Positions 40,989-52,625 of a stretch of 64,000 nucleotides of DNA are shown here, in pieces. The notes below the pieces were generated by a model, which saw only the letters and a program-made list of their open reading frames with translations, was not told the origin of the DNA and did not search any database. Source of the DNA: Eledone cirrhosa (Eukaryota). Location of the stretch: the NCBI GenBank assembly GCA_964016885.1, contig OZ024748.1, forward strand, positions 32,240,001-32,304,000, read 5' to 3'. Both the position numbers and the translations under genes were made by a program. Position 1 is the first letter of the stretch; every line of letters begins with the position of its first letter.

Positions 40989-41125
40989 GGGCGATGGATT
41001 GGCAGTATTGGTAGAGGGTCGGACGCCATGTTTTGAAGTATAGAGTTACCTCCCTTTATGATCCGAGTTGAAATCCCGCCGAGGTTAACTTTGCCCTTCA
41101 TCCTTACGGGATTGATGACACCAGT
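40989..41125 (+). mobile_element. Meta-like SINE copy, 3'-truncated
   Basis: ggcgatggattggcagtattggtagagggtcggacg...gccgaggttaactttgcccttcatcc. Confidence 0.7.
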
Positions 41126-41265
41126 ACGAGTGTTGAATCGTTCTCAACGACACCGAGTACCTGCTGTCTTCATTATAACTTTAATTAATCTAATTATATC
41201 TCTTGAGTAACAATTATATATATATATATAATATAAGATCAAAAGATGGTTAAAAGAGTTCCAAG

Positions 41266-41336
41266 TATTTTATTATGCGCATTTCAAAAACAAATATCAT
41301 CATGAGATGACATTTGCGTTTTCATCAGATATAATA
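41266..41336 (-). ncRNA. PLE-type hammerhead ribozyme motif inside a short inverted-repeat insertion (41228-41437)
   Basis: Minus strand reads tattatat CTGATGA aaa cg caaatgtcatc-tcat-gatgatatttg tt ttt GAAA tgcgca TA ataaaata, with a palindromic stem III. Flanked by 33-bp inverted arms at 41228-41260 and 41405-41437. Confidence 0.7.
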
Positions 41337-41699
41337 GGGATACATGATATGAGGGTTAAAAAACACTTGTGAATAGTGAAGTTTTAAATCAACATATTTT
41401 AATCAACTCTTTTAACCATCTTTTGATCTTATATTATTTATACTCCAGTCCTACAAACTGTAGAGTGCTACTTATCCGATATTTGCATTGCTTTATTGTA
41501 CTACAATAAAACTCACCTCCTACATATATATATATATACACAATTTTCTCTCCCCTACATCAGTCTTACACTGTCATATCTATTCTTACTTTACAATTGT
41601 GTCTACTAAGAGTTCCATTACAATCTGCAGTAGTAAAACTACTATTTCACCAGAACATCTGCTATCAGTCATATATGTATATACATATATATATGTATA

Positions 41700-41890
41700 T
41701 AAAAGCTAAACAGAAATGACAACACAATCGATACAGTATATGGAAGGGATATATTAGGTTAACACTTGATATAACAGGAAGAGGGTCTTAACGTTTTGGA
41801 TACTAGTCCTTCATCAGAGGAAAGAATGAGAAATAAAATAGATTGAGGGGACGGGCGGGTTGGAAATGGAAAAAATGTCTTTAGATAAAA
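41700..41890 (-). mobile_element. PLE terminal fragment with a minimal hammerhead motif (GAAA mutated); second copy at about 47510-47700
   Basis: Direct repeat of 47510-47700. Minus strand reads CTGATGA aggactagtatcc AAAA cgtt aaga. Confidence 0.55.
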
Positions 41891-42357
41891 GTATCTATGT
41901 AATGTAATTTAATACAGCCAAAAGGGCACATAATGGGAAAAAACTTTGAAAGGAAGTTGACCCTGAAATGGGAATACAGTTGGAATAAAACAAGTTTCGA
42001 GTAAATCGGAGCAGGTGTTCCCGAGATATGGGGTTTCTGGAGTACCTTCATAAATAGAGAGAGAGATAGAGAGGAAGAGAGAGTGGTTGTGAGAGAATAG
42101 ATTGAAAGAGAGACATAGAGAGAGACAAAGAGAGAGGGAGAGAGAGCTGGTGGTGTTACTCTTTTACTCTTTTACCTGTTTCAGCCATCCGGCTGAGGCC
42201 ATGCTGGGGCACCGCCCTTGGGTTGTGTATATATATATATATATGAGTGTGTGTTTATATATATGTATGTGTGTCTATGACCAGTATATATAGATCACAA
42301 ACACCCATATATATATATATATACATACACATACATATGTATATACACACACACATT

Positions 42358-42388
<31 letters not shown>

Positions 42389-42508
42389 GTATATATATAT
42401 ATATATATATATATATGGGCCTTCCAGGTTCACATTATATACATGTTTGTGTAAAATTATTTTGAGGTGAACGTTACCCAACGGGTCACAGGTGGTCTAC
42501 ATACGTAC

Positions 42509-42541
<33 letters not shown>

Positions 42542-43182
42542 AAAGAGTTAAACAAGATTCAATGAGTACATCAGAGAATGAGTTTTACAGTAGATTGGAA
42601 GCACCCTACGGAAAAAAATAATTTTCCAGAGTTATTAATATTAAAATACAAATATTAATAAAATAGATGTTCTTTTGATCAATTACATTTTATTATACAT
42701 ATTTCGGAGGTACAACAGTACATCCTCATCAGACAAAATATAACTGTTATAATTCATGAGAAGTTTGCCTAGATAAACATAACTTGTACTATCCTACATT
42801 TTAAAATCTCTATAGCTGTCACATTAACCAACGTTTTTTCTTACTCACACATTCTCTATTGAATTTATTACGTTTTCGCATTTTCTCATTATTAGGGTAT
42901 AAATGTTGAATTTTCTCTTGGGTTAATCACTTGCTTGATTAAATCTTAACCATTAAACATCTCAGGGTATGTCATGTATCATTATGTTTTGTCTGATGAG
43001 GATGTACTGTTGTACCTCCGAAATATGTATAATAAAATGTAATTGATCAAAAGAACATCTATTTTATTAATATTTGTATTTAAATATTAATAACTCTGGA
43101 AAATAATTTTTTCCGTAGGGTGCTTCCAATCTACTGTAAAACTCATTCTCTGATATACTCATTGAATCTTGTTTAACTCTTT
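42542..43182. mobile_element. Inverted-repeat PLE terminal structure (about 200-bp arms, about 240-bp spacer) with two hammerheads
   Basis: 42542-42742 is the reverse complement of 42982-43182. Plus-strand hammerhead at 42985-43039: tgttttgt CTGATGA gga t gtac-tgtt-gtac c tcc GAAA tatgta TA ataaaatg. Mirror copy at 42686-42740. Flanked by (TA)n on both sides. Confidence 0.8.
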
Positions 43183-43202
43183 AATATATATATATATATA
43201 TG

Positions 43203-43695
43203 TGGAGGCACGTGTCCCAGTGGTAAGGGTGTTGGACTTACGATCATAATGTCGTGGGCTCGATTCCTCAGTTGCGTGTTGTGTTCTTGAGCAAAACACT
43301 TCATTTCACGTTGCTCCAGTATACTCAGGTGAAAAAGAGTACCAATAACTGGAGGTTTAACCCTGCGATGGACTGGTGTCCTGTCCAGAGGGGGAGTCTT
43401 GTACTCTCAGTTGCTTAATATATACTTTACATAACCCTGCAATGGACTGGTGTCCTGTCCAGAGGGGAGTCTTGTACTCTCAGTTGCTTAATATATAATT
43501 TACATAACTCTGCAATGGACTGGTGTCCTGTCCAGGGGGAGTCTTGTACTCTCAGTCACTTAATATATACTTTACATAACCCTGCGATGGAGTGGTGTCC
43601 TGTCCAGGGGGGAGTCTTGTACTCTCAGTCGCTTCATGCCATGAAACCGGGATAAGCACTGGCCAAATGAGCCTTCTGGCTTAAGACAGACTTTA
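43203..43695 (+). mobile_element. tRNA-derived SINE with CORE-like and V-like domains; V-like segment present four times
   Basis: tRNA-like head, gttgtgttcttgagcaaaacactt, then aaccctgcgatggactggtgtcctgtcc at about 43359, 43433, 43506 and 43578. Confidence 0.7.
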
Positions 43696-43829
43696 GATAT
43701 ATATACATATATTTATATCAAGCAAGAATTTGTTGGTGATTCCTCTCTTCCACAGAATCTCTGTATTGGACAACAAGACTCAGTACAGTGTCTCCTTCAT
43801 ATGTTGCACTACCTCAACACCAACGATCC

Positions 43830-44020
43830 TCTCACAGGTAAGTACATATCCATCAAAGCTGGAGGTGAACTAATTATCAAAGTACTTCAACATCCTTTTA
43901 ACTGATTTATCACTACAGGAAAAAAGCCCAGACATGTTCAAGAAAGCATTGATAGTTGTATTCTACAAAAAAGGTCACATACTTGATTGTGAGAACTATT
44001 GTCCTATCAGCCTATTAACC
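43830..44020 (+). mobile_element. Old LINE RT N-terminal fragment
   Basis: Translates to PDMFKKALIVVFYKKGHILDCENYCPISLL, resembling the KKG..NYRPISLL motif of non-LTR RTs. Confidence 0.55.
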
Positions 44021-44144
44021 CTTTAATGTTCAAACCGACCATAATTTTTTACCTTTTTGTGTTGAAACTAGCTGTAACTGGTCGCTCAAACTGATGTTAT
44101 GGTATTGTTCTCAAAATAAATACTTTCAAAATCTCATAGATTCG

Positions 44145-45472
44145 ATATTATGTAAGATAAAGCCTTAACTGTGAAAATACAATAGTATATATAGAGTAAT
44201 GTAAATGTTATGTGAGATATTATCTGAGGTAAAGCCTTTACTGTGAAAACACAATATTATATATATAGTGTAAATGTTATGTGAGATATTATGTGAGGTA
44301 AAGCCTTTACTGTGAAAACACAATATTATATATAGAGTAGTGTAAATGTTATGTGAGATATTATGTGAAGTAAAGCCTTTACTGTGAAAATACAATGGTA
44401 TATATAGAGTAATGTAAATGTTATGTGAGATATTATGTAAGATAAAGCCTTTACTGTGAAAATACAATAGTATATATAAAGTAATGTAAATGTTATGTGA
44501 AATATGTGAGGTAAAGCCTTTACTGTGAAAATACAATAGTATATATAGAGTAATGTAAATGTTATGTGAGATATTATGTGAGGTAAAGCCTTTACTGTGA
44601 AAATACAATAGTATATATAGAGTAATGTAAATGTTATGTGAGATATTATGTGAGGTCAAGCCTTTACTGTGAAACTACAATAGTATCATCATCATCATCA
44701 TCGTTTAACATCTATCTTCCATGGTAGCATGGGTTAGACGAAGGTTGTCACACTTGAGGCAAGGTTGGTCGGGTGACCATGTCTCGCTCATATAGGACTA
44801 TCTGGCAAGCTTTCTACGGCTGGATGCCCTTCCTAACACCAACCTCATTTACAGTGTGGAACTGGGAACTTTTTACCGTGTTACCTACACGGCCACATTA
44901 CAGCGTGGACTGTGTTTTTTTGTTGTGACACCTACACGATCTCGATCTCATTTATTTGGACTGGATGTTGTGGTACCAACTTTACAGAGAGAGGGTGGTG
45001 TTGGTGGGAGAGGGAGGATAGGGTAGGGGTAGTGGATTGGGGTGTATATTTGGTTAGGAGGTGCCTACTGACTGTAGGTTCGCTTTGTACATAGGCAAGG
45101 CATATATATAGTGTAATGTAATTGTAATGTGAGATATTATGTGAGGTAAAGACTTTACTGTGAAAATACAATAGTATATATAGAGTAATGTAAATGTTAT
45201 GTGAGATATGTGAGGTAAAGAGTTTACTGTGAAAATACAATAGTATATATAGAGTAATGTAAATGTTATGCGAGGTAAAGCCTTTACTGTGAAAATACAA
45301 TAGTATATATAGAATAATGTAAATGTTATGTGAGATATTGTGAGGTAAAGACTTTACTGTGAAAATACAATAGTATATATAGAATAATGTAAATGTTATG
45401 TGAGGTAAAGCCTTTACTGTGAAAATACAATAGTATATATAGAGTAATGTAAATGTTATGTGAGGTAAAGCT
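44145..45472. repeat. ~72-bp AT-rich minisatellite, split by an RTE 3' fragment
   Basis: Unit aagcctttactgtgaaaatacaatagtatatatagagtaatgtaaatgttatgtgagatattatgtgaggta at 44145-44685 and 45102-45472. Confidence 0.92.
44685..45100 (-). mobile_element. RTE 3' UTR fragment
   Basis: Reverse complement of about 34770-35169, including ttggtgttaggaagggcatccagccgtaga and the (GAT)n tail. Confidence 0.85.
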
Positions 45473-45767
45473 TCTTCTCTCTCACACTCACACTCTTCCT
45501 CTAGAAAACCAGATCCTTTCTCAACCATGGAACCATGTATTACTTGATGTTTAGGGGTCACAAGCTGTCAGATTTCTCTGAACCTATACTTTCCCTCATT
45601 ATCAAGGTAAAGTCTCCCTTTATTTATATGCTTGCTTTGTGTGGTTGGTGGAGGCCCTCCTCCAGCTATAAAATACCCAACAGTCCTCAGTGGAACAAAG
45701 CGCAATGGGGCCAACTATGGCCAGACTTGACCCAGACTGCCTCCTTCACTGTGTTTATCACCAGAAC

Positions 45768-46030
45768 TATCATCATCATCATCATTTTACGTCCGCTTTT
45801 CCCTGCTTGCAAGGGTGGGATGGGAACTGATTCTGACTTGATTTCTACAGCTGGATGCCCTTCCTAACACCAACCTCATTTACAGTGAGTGTTGGGTGCC
45901 TTTTTGCCGTGGCACCTCCACGACCACTTTACAGTGTGTGCTGAGTGCTTTTTTGTCGTGGCGCCTCCATGACCACTTTACAGTGAGAGGTGGGTGCTTT
46001 TTTGCCGTGGCACCTGCACGACCACTTTGC
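45768..46030 (-). mobile_element. RTE-related 3' end or SINE with a short internal ~57-bp tandem repeat
   Basis: (ATC)n, ctacagctggatgcccttcctaacaccaacc, then three copies of gtgc..tttt..gtggcacctccacgaccacttt. Confidence 0.6.
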
Positions 46031-46071
46031 AGTGGAATGATAGGGACCCCAGTCCTATTATCTCATTTCTA

Positions 46072-46172
46072 CAGCTGAGTAAACTGGAGCAATGTGAAAT
46101 AAAGTGTCTTGCTCAAGGAAACAACACATCACCCGGTCTGAAAATTGAACTCACAACCTTTCGATTGCAAGG
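46072..46172 (-). mobile_element. CORE-like SINE fragment
   Basis: Reverse complement resembles 43240-43330 (gttgtttccttgagcaagacactttatttcacattgctccagtttactcag). Confidence 0.6.
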
Positions 46173-46297
46173 TGTATATATATATGTGTATATGTGTGTC
46201 TCTGTGTGTGTATATGTGTGTCTCTGTGTATATATATGTGTGTATATATATATATGTGTGTGTCTGTGTATATATATATATAGTTAGAGAGGTGTGT

Positions 46298-47330
46298 ATC
46301 ATCATCATCATCATCGTTTAACGTCCATGTTCCACGCTTGCATGGGTTTGGATGGGAGTTTTCCCACTTGAGGCAAGAGTGGTTGTTTTGCTCGCATAGG
46401 ACTGTCTGGCGGGTTTTCTACAGCTGGATGCCCTTCCTAACACCAACCACATTTACAGTGTGGGACTGGGAGGTTTTTACCGTGTTGCCTACACGGCCAC
46501 ATTACAGCGTGGACTGTGTGTTTTTTTTGTCGTGACACCTACACGATCTCATTTGTTTCGGCCTGGATGTTGTGGCACCAACATAACTTTACATTGAAAG
46601 GGGTGGCGTGGATGGGGTGGGGGTGGTGGGACGGGGGTGTATTTTGTTAGAGATGCCTACTGACTATAGTAGGTTTTACTTTGTATTTAAGTAGGCGGGT
46701 CTTCTCTATTACTGAGTACCGCCAAAGATCTCGGTCCAGTGACATTGTCTTGGAGAGGTGTAAGTGTGTGAGGTCGGAATTTATCAGGTCATCCCAGGTT
46801 TTTCTGGGTCTGCCTACTCCGTGGCTACCGTCTATCTTTATTTCCCTGCACTTTTTTATACAGCTGTCGTCTTTCATGCGCATCACGTGACCATACCAAC
46901 GTAGCCTTCTCTCGAGTAAACAACATCTGATCCCTCTTATTTCTAATTTTTCCCTTAGTTTGTTTATGCTTTGCCGTTCGCGTATATTACTATTAAACAT
47001 CCAGCGGAGCATGCAAGCTTCGTTCCTCTCTAGTCTGCGTATATCCTCTGCACACAATGCCCAGGTCTCACTGCCATGCAACATTGCTGTTCGTATGCAG
47101 GCATCATACAACCTGCCTTTCATTTTTAGGGAGAACCCTTTAGTGGCTAATAATGGTATAAGCTCTCTGAACTTTTTCCATCCAGTTCTGACTCTAGCTA
47201 CTGTACTTTCAGAGCACCCTCCCCCACTGCTGATTTTGTCACCCAGGTAACGGAAGCTGTCCACTATTTCTATAGAACCCTCTACGCAATTGAAAGAGCT
47301 AGTATTTTGTGGGCACTTGCTGCTACTAAT
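46298..47330 (-). mobile_element. 5'-truncated RTE LINE, same subfamily as 31485-35169
   Basis: VDSFRYLGD, LHGSETWAL, LRWYGHVMR and GRPRKTW, plus the 3' UTR and (GAT)n tail. Confidence 0.92.
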
Positions 47331-47595
47331 AAATAATGTATATAATCTACGCCTAATCGTGATTAAAACTTCTACTTTGCAGTTTACAACTGTAGCTGGC
47401 AGCTGTGATGTTGACAAGAATGTAGTACTCAATAAAGGGTGCATGATCGAGAGTAGCATTGAGGAAGGGAAAATACATAATGAAAAACACACCAATATAT
47501 ATATATATATAAAAGGTAAACAGAAATAACAACACAATCGGTACAGTATACGGAAGGGATATATTAGGTTAACGATTGATATAGCAGGAAGTGGG

Positions 47596-47631
47596 TCTTA
47601 ACGTTTCCGACGCTAGTCCTTCATCAGAAGA
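47596..47631 (-). ncRNA. Minimal PLE-type hammerhead motif
   Basis: Minus strand reads tctt CTGATGA ag gac-tagc-gtc g GAAA cg TT aaga. Stem III is minimal and palindromic, as in dimer-acting PLE hammerheads. Confidence 0.55.
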
Positions 47632-47791
47632 AAGAATAAGAAATAAAATAGATTGAGAGGACGGGCAGGGTGAAATTGGAAAAAATATCTTTAGATAAAA
47701 ATAGGTCCTTTCATGTTGACATCTCTTGCAAAACTATATATATATATCAATGATATTAATAAATGGAAACTATATTTATGAAACCATATTT

Positions 47792-47850
47792 ATTCTATTA
47801 TATATATTTCAAGGGTGCCAAAACTTTGGTACGCACTCATCAGATAAAAT
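47792..47850 (-). ncRNA. PLE-type hammerhead motif, same family as 27576-27635
   Basis: Minus strand reads attttat CTGATGA gtgc gtaccaa-agtt-ttggcac cctt GAAA tatata TA atagaat. The base of stem II is imperfect. Confidence 0.55.
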
Positions 47851-48180
47851 ACAAAATTTGTTTTATAAATAGTGACATACCCAGGAACGATACCTTAATG
47901 GTTCAAGTTTCTCCTGGATAGTGAAAAGAAAGAGAGAAAAAGGGAAGAAAGGAAAAAACAAATATTTCAAATTATTTTGATGAATATGCAGATGATAATT
48001 TACCACAAATATTACAGTGATATGGCTTTTCTCCAGTATATATATATGTTTCTATGTAGTTAATGTAGCAATGAAAGAGAATAATTTCTCCCCAATATCA
48101 CAGTGGTATGTCTTCTCACTCATATAAATGTATTTGTGTTTAATTAATTCACCATTTTGAGATAATGAGATATGACTTTG

Positions 48181-49344
<1,164 letters not shown>

Positions 49345-49628
49345 CTAAAAATATTTCTTCTATATTTCCCTCAACTTTGATTTCAGTTAATATCTGAAGA
49401 TAATACAAACTTATGTTTCACCCAAGTTTAGTTAAAATACAAAACCATCTTATAGTGATGAAAATAAACTCAGTTCTGAGGAAATATTTCACAGTAATTG
49501 AACTATAGATTTATATAAACAGTGTTATATAAGTTCTATTTAAAATGTTTTTGTCTTAAAATTATGATAAATAGAGGTGATGTATCCAAGATTGAAAATA
49601 ATAATTTATCCCAATGTCATCTGGTATT

Positions 49629-49648
49629 CTGAAATGAAAAAGAAACAG
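49629..49648 (-). promoter_or_regulatory. Candidate splice acceptor for the zinc-finger exon
   Basis: Minus strand ctgtttctttttcatttcag|aatacc: polypyrimidine tract plus AG, about 345 nt upstream of the ATG. Confidence 0.4.
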
Positions 49649-49949
49649 TATGAGATAATACAGAATACTTTAGAAGCAGAGACAGATTTAACAGTGGAAA
49701 TTTTATATTTCTATATTGGTAAACTGTAGATATCAACTTTCCTGTCCAGAGTAATTCTCTCCAATGGAAGCTCTATAAATTATATCCTTCTATCACTTAG
49801 GTCTGCTCTATGGCAGTTTAGTGAAAAATTTATTCTGCTAGGACTTTCTAACGTAGCTATCATCTCCTCTCCTGGTGACATGTCAACACTGGTTTAACAT
49901 ATACATATATAAATATATATACACACACATACACACACATATACATATA

Positions 49950-50923
49950 CAGTCGAGTCCACTTAAGAGTATACCCTCGGGAATGGAAAATAGTATACTC
50001 TTAACCGGACTATACTCTTATCCGGACTAAGTAAAAATATTCCATAGTATTATTATTTTGAGTCTTTCAATGATTAAAAATCGCTTTATTATCTTTTAAA
50101 ATGTATTTATAAGTAACAAAAATGAAAGTTATACCAAAAAATTCAACAAGAATTATTGCAAATTATAGATAAATTAAGCAATATTTCAACATATTAGTAT
50201 GCAATTTTTATTTCCTAAAAATAGTCCAAAATGCTTTTTTGCACTCGATTGTTCGCAATTTTTTTTCAATCAATTCCTCGATCTCAGACAGAGTATAACT
50301 TTCAAAACTTTTAAACGATTGCATCGTATAGGACCGTACAGTGAACAAAGCATTTATTCCTTCTTTTCCAGAGATCTAAAATATTTGTTTTTTATATAGG
50401 CACAAGGCCAGCAATTTTGGGGGGAGGGGAAAGTCGATTAAATCGACCCCAGTGCGTGACTGCTACTTTATTTTATCGACCTCGTAAGGATGAAAGGCAA
50501 AGTTAACCTCGGCGGGATTTGAACTCAGATCATAAAGGACCGTAACTATGCATCAAAGCATGGCGTTCGGTCCTCTACCGATACTGCTAATCCACCGCCC
50601 TCCCTGAGATCTAAAATATTGATAAATGATTAACATTATGTTAGGTACCTATGCACATTCATATTATAAATATAAAAATAATACATACTAACTTTTCTAG
50701 TTAATTCGGTTTCAATATAATCTTCTTCTTCCTCCTCTTCTATTATCATTTTGAATTGTTTTAAAATGGTTATGTTACATTATAAGCCCAGTTTACTTTA
50801 TCGTATTAATTATACTCTTATTCGGACTAAATTATATAGAACATATATAAACGGGAATTAATTATGCTATACTCTTATGCGAACTATACTCTTATCCGAT
50901 ATACTCTTAAGCAGACTCGACTA
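49950..50923. mobile_element. Non-autonomous Tc1/mariner (pogo/Tigger-like) MITE
   Basis: TIRs cagtcgagtccacttaagagtata and tatactcttaagcagactcgacta, TA flanks, and subterminal tatactcttatccg repeats at both ends. Confidence 0.75.
50386..50605 (-). mobile_element. Full-length Meta-like SINE nested in the MITE, with a 15-bp target-site duplication
   Basis: gagatctaaaatatt at 50371-50385 and 50606-50620 flanks the reverse complement of the 37737 SINE. Confidence 0.85.
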
Positions 50924-50984
50924 TATATATATGTATATACATATATATATGTATATATATATATATATATGCAACTTTTACAAA

Positions 50985-52082
50985 CAACCGCAATGACAGG
51001 ACGGAGACATCGTTATGCTAGCAGGGGACTTCAATGGTCATGTTGGACAGCTCCAGGATGGTTACACTAGGGTACATGGTGGGCACGGTTACAGCTCAAG
51101 AAATGAAAGAGTGAGACTTCTTGAATTTTGTGATGCAAGTACACTGACTATTTGCAACACTAACTTCCAGAAACCTGCCAACCACCTAATAACCTACAAA
51201 TCAGGCGAGCACATAAGCCAGATTGACTTCTTACTAGATCGGCAGCGGGACAGGCAGATGGTATCAAATACCAAGGCATACCCTGGGGAAGAATGTACCC
51301 CACAGCATAGGTTAGTCGTTAGTGATATCTCATTAAGCAAGAAATGGAATGAGACATACAGGAAGGTGTGTAAAAGAAAGGTCTGGAAGCTAAAAGATCT
51401 TTCACTAAAATACAAATTTAGGAAAGCCCTTTAAGATGTGTATGACGAAAAAGAAGACAACTTACTGCAGACTACTGATGAAACTTGTGGCTGGAGCAGA
51501 GCTCCAACAGACAGAGAGTGACCTGGTGGTGGAACAGCACAGTAGATAAGGCCATTAGAGACAAAAGTCTAGCATGGAAAGCTTGGATAAAGGGTGGGAG
51601 TAGAGAAGGATATACAGCCGCTAAGAGAGAAGCTAGACGTCAGGTGTACTTAGCACGCAGGGAGGCTGGCCAATGTTCTGCGACGGGAAGATCAGAGGTG
51701 TGCGGTGTTCCACATTGCAAGGCAGTGTGTCAATGCAAATCAGGATGTTGTTGGAGATAAATGTGTCCGGAATGATGCCTGTGTGCTTAGTGTCACGAAT
51801 GATCAGAAAAAGGAGGCCTGGAAATGTCATTATGAGAGACTGATGAATGTGGAGAACGAACGGGAGAGAGAGAAATTACCCTCACTAGATCCGACAGAGG
51901 GACCAGCTATTGAGATTGACGAATATAGGGTCCAAGAGGCGATTAAGGAAATGAAAAATGGTAAGGCTGCTTGACTGTCGCGGATAGTTGCTGAGATGCT
52001 GAAGGCATCAGGGGACGTAGGCACTAAACTGGTTGCACGCATCATCAATCAGGCTATGTATGGTGGTGTCATACCCAAATAC
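50985..52082 (+). mobile_element. RTE LINE internal fragment (APE and tether), subfamily of 35272-37103
   Basis: AGDFNGHVG, SQIDFLL, WWWN and KKEAWKCHYERLMNVEN; frameshifted. Confidence 0.88.
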
Positions 52083-52089
52083 TGCCTTC

Positions 52090-52585
52090 TTCCAACTGTT
52101 AAACATGGAGGAGGATGTGATGATCTGGGGGCTATATCTTAGAAATCCGCCGGCCCAATGGTTTCCCTTCATGGCAGAATTAATAGTCAAGACTATTTAA
52201 AGCATTTTATCTGATCAAATTCATCCCATGGTTGCGGAACTGTTTCCAGAGGGAAACACAATCTTTCAGGAAGATAACGCACCAATTCACATAGCTAAAG
52301 TTGTTATTGAATGGCATGAGGAACATTCTGGTGAAGTTGAACATCTTATCTGGCCACCATAGTCCCCAGATCTCAATATTATTGAACATTTATGGTGCAT
52401 TTTAGAAAAACAAGTAAGGAGACTGAAGAATGGACAAAAATTCCTTTGGAAACAATTCAAACTTTGTACGAGTCCATACCTCGTAGAATTCAAGCTGTAA
52501 TTACTGCCAAAGGCGGTCCTACCCCATAGTAAAATAAATTTGTTTGAAATTTTAAGGTGTTTCTATTATTTTGTCCAACCCCTGT
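52090..52585 (+). mobile_element. Tc1-like transposase 3' fragment with the right end
   Basis: Translates to TVKHGGG, VMIWG, FQEDNAPIH, WPP*SPDLNIIEHLW and SIPRRIQAVITAKGGPTP; ends ...ttgtccaacccctg. Confidence 0.85.
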
Positions 52586-52625
52586 GCATATATATACACA
52601 TATATATATATATATATATATACAT

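Noticed and set aside
44165-45561. Repetitive ORFs (TSHNISHNIYITLYILLYFHSKG)n
   Set aside because: They are a by-product of a 72-bp minisatellite with a length divisible by three; there is no other coding evidence.
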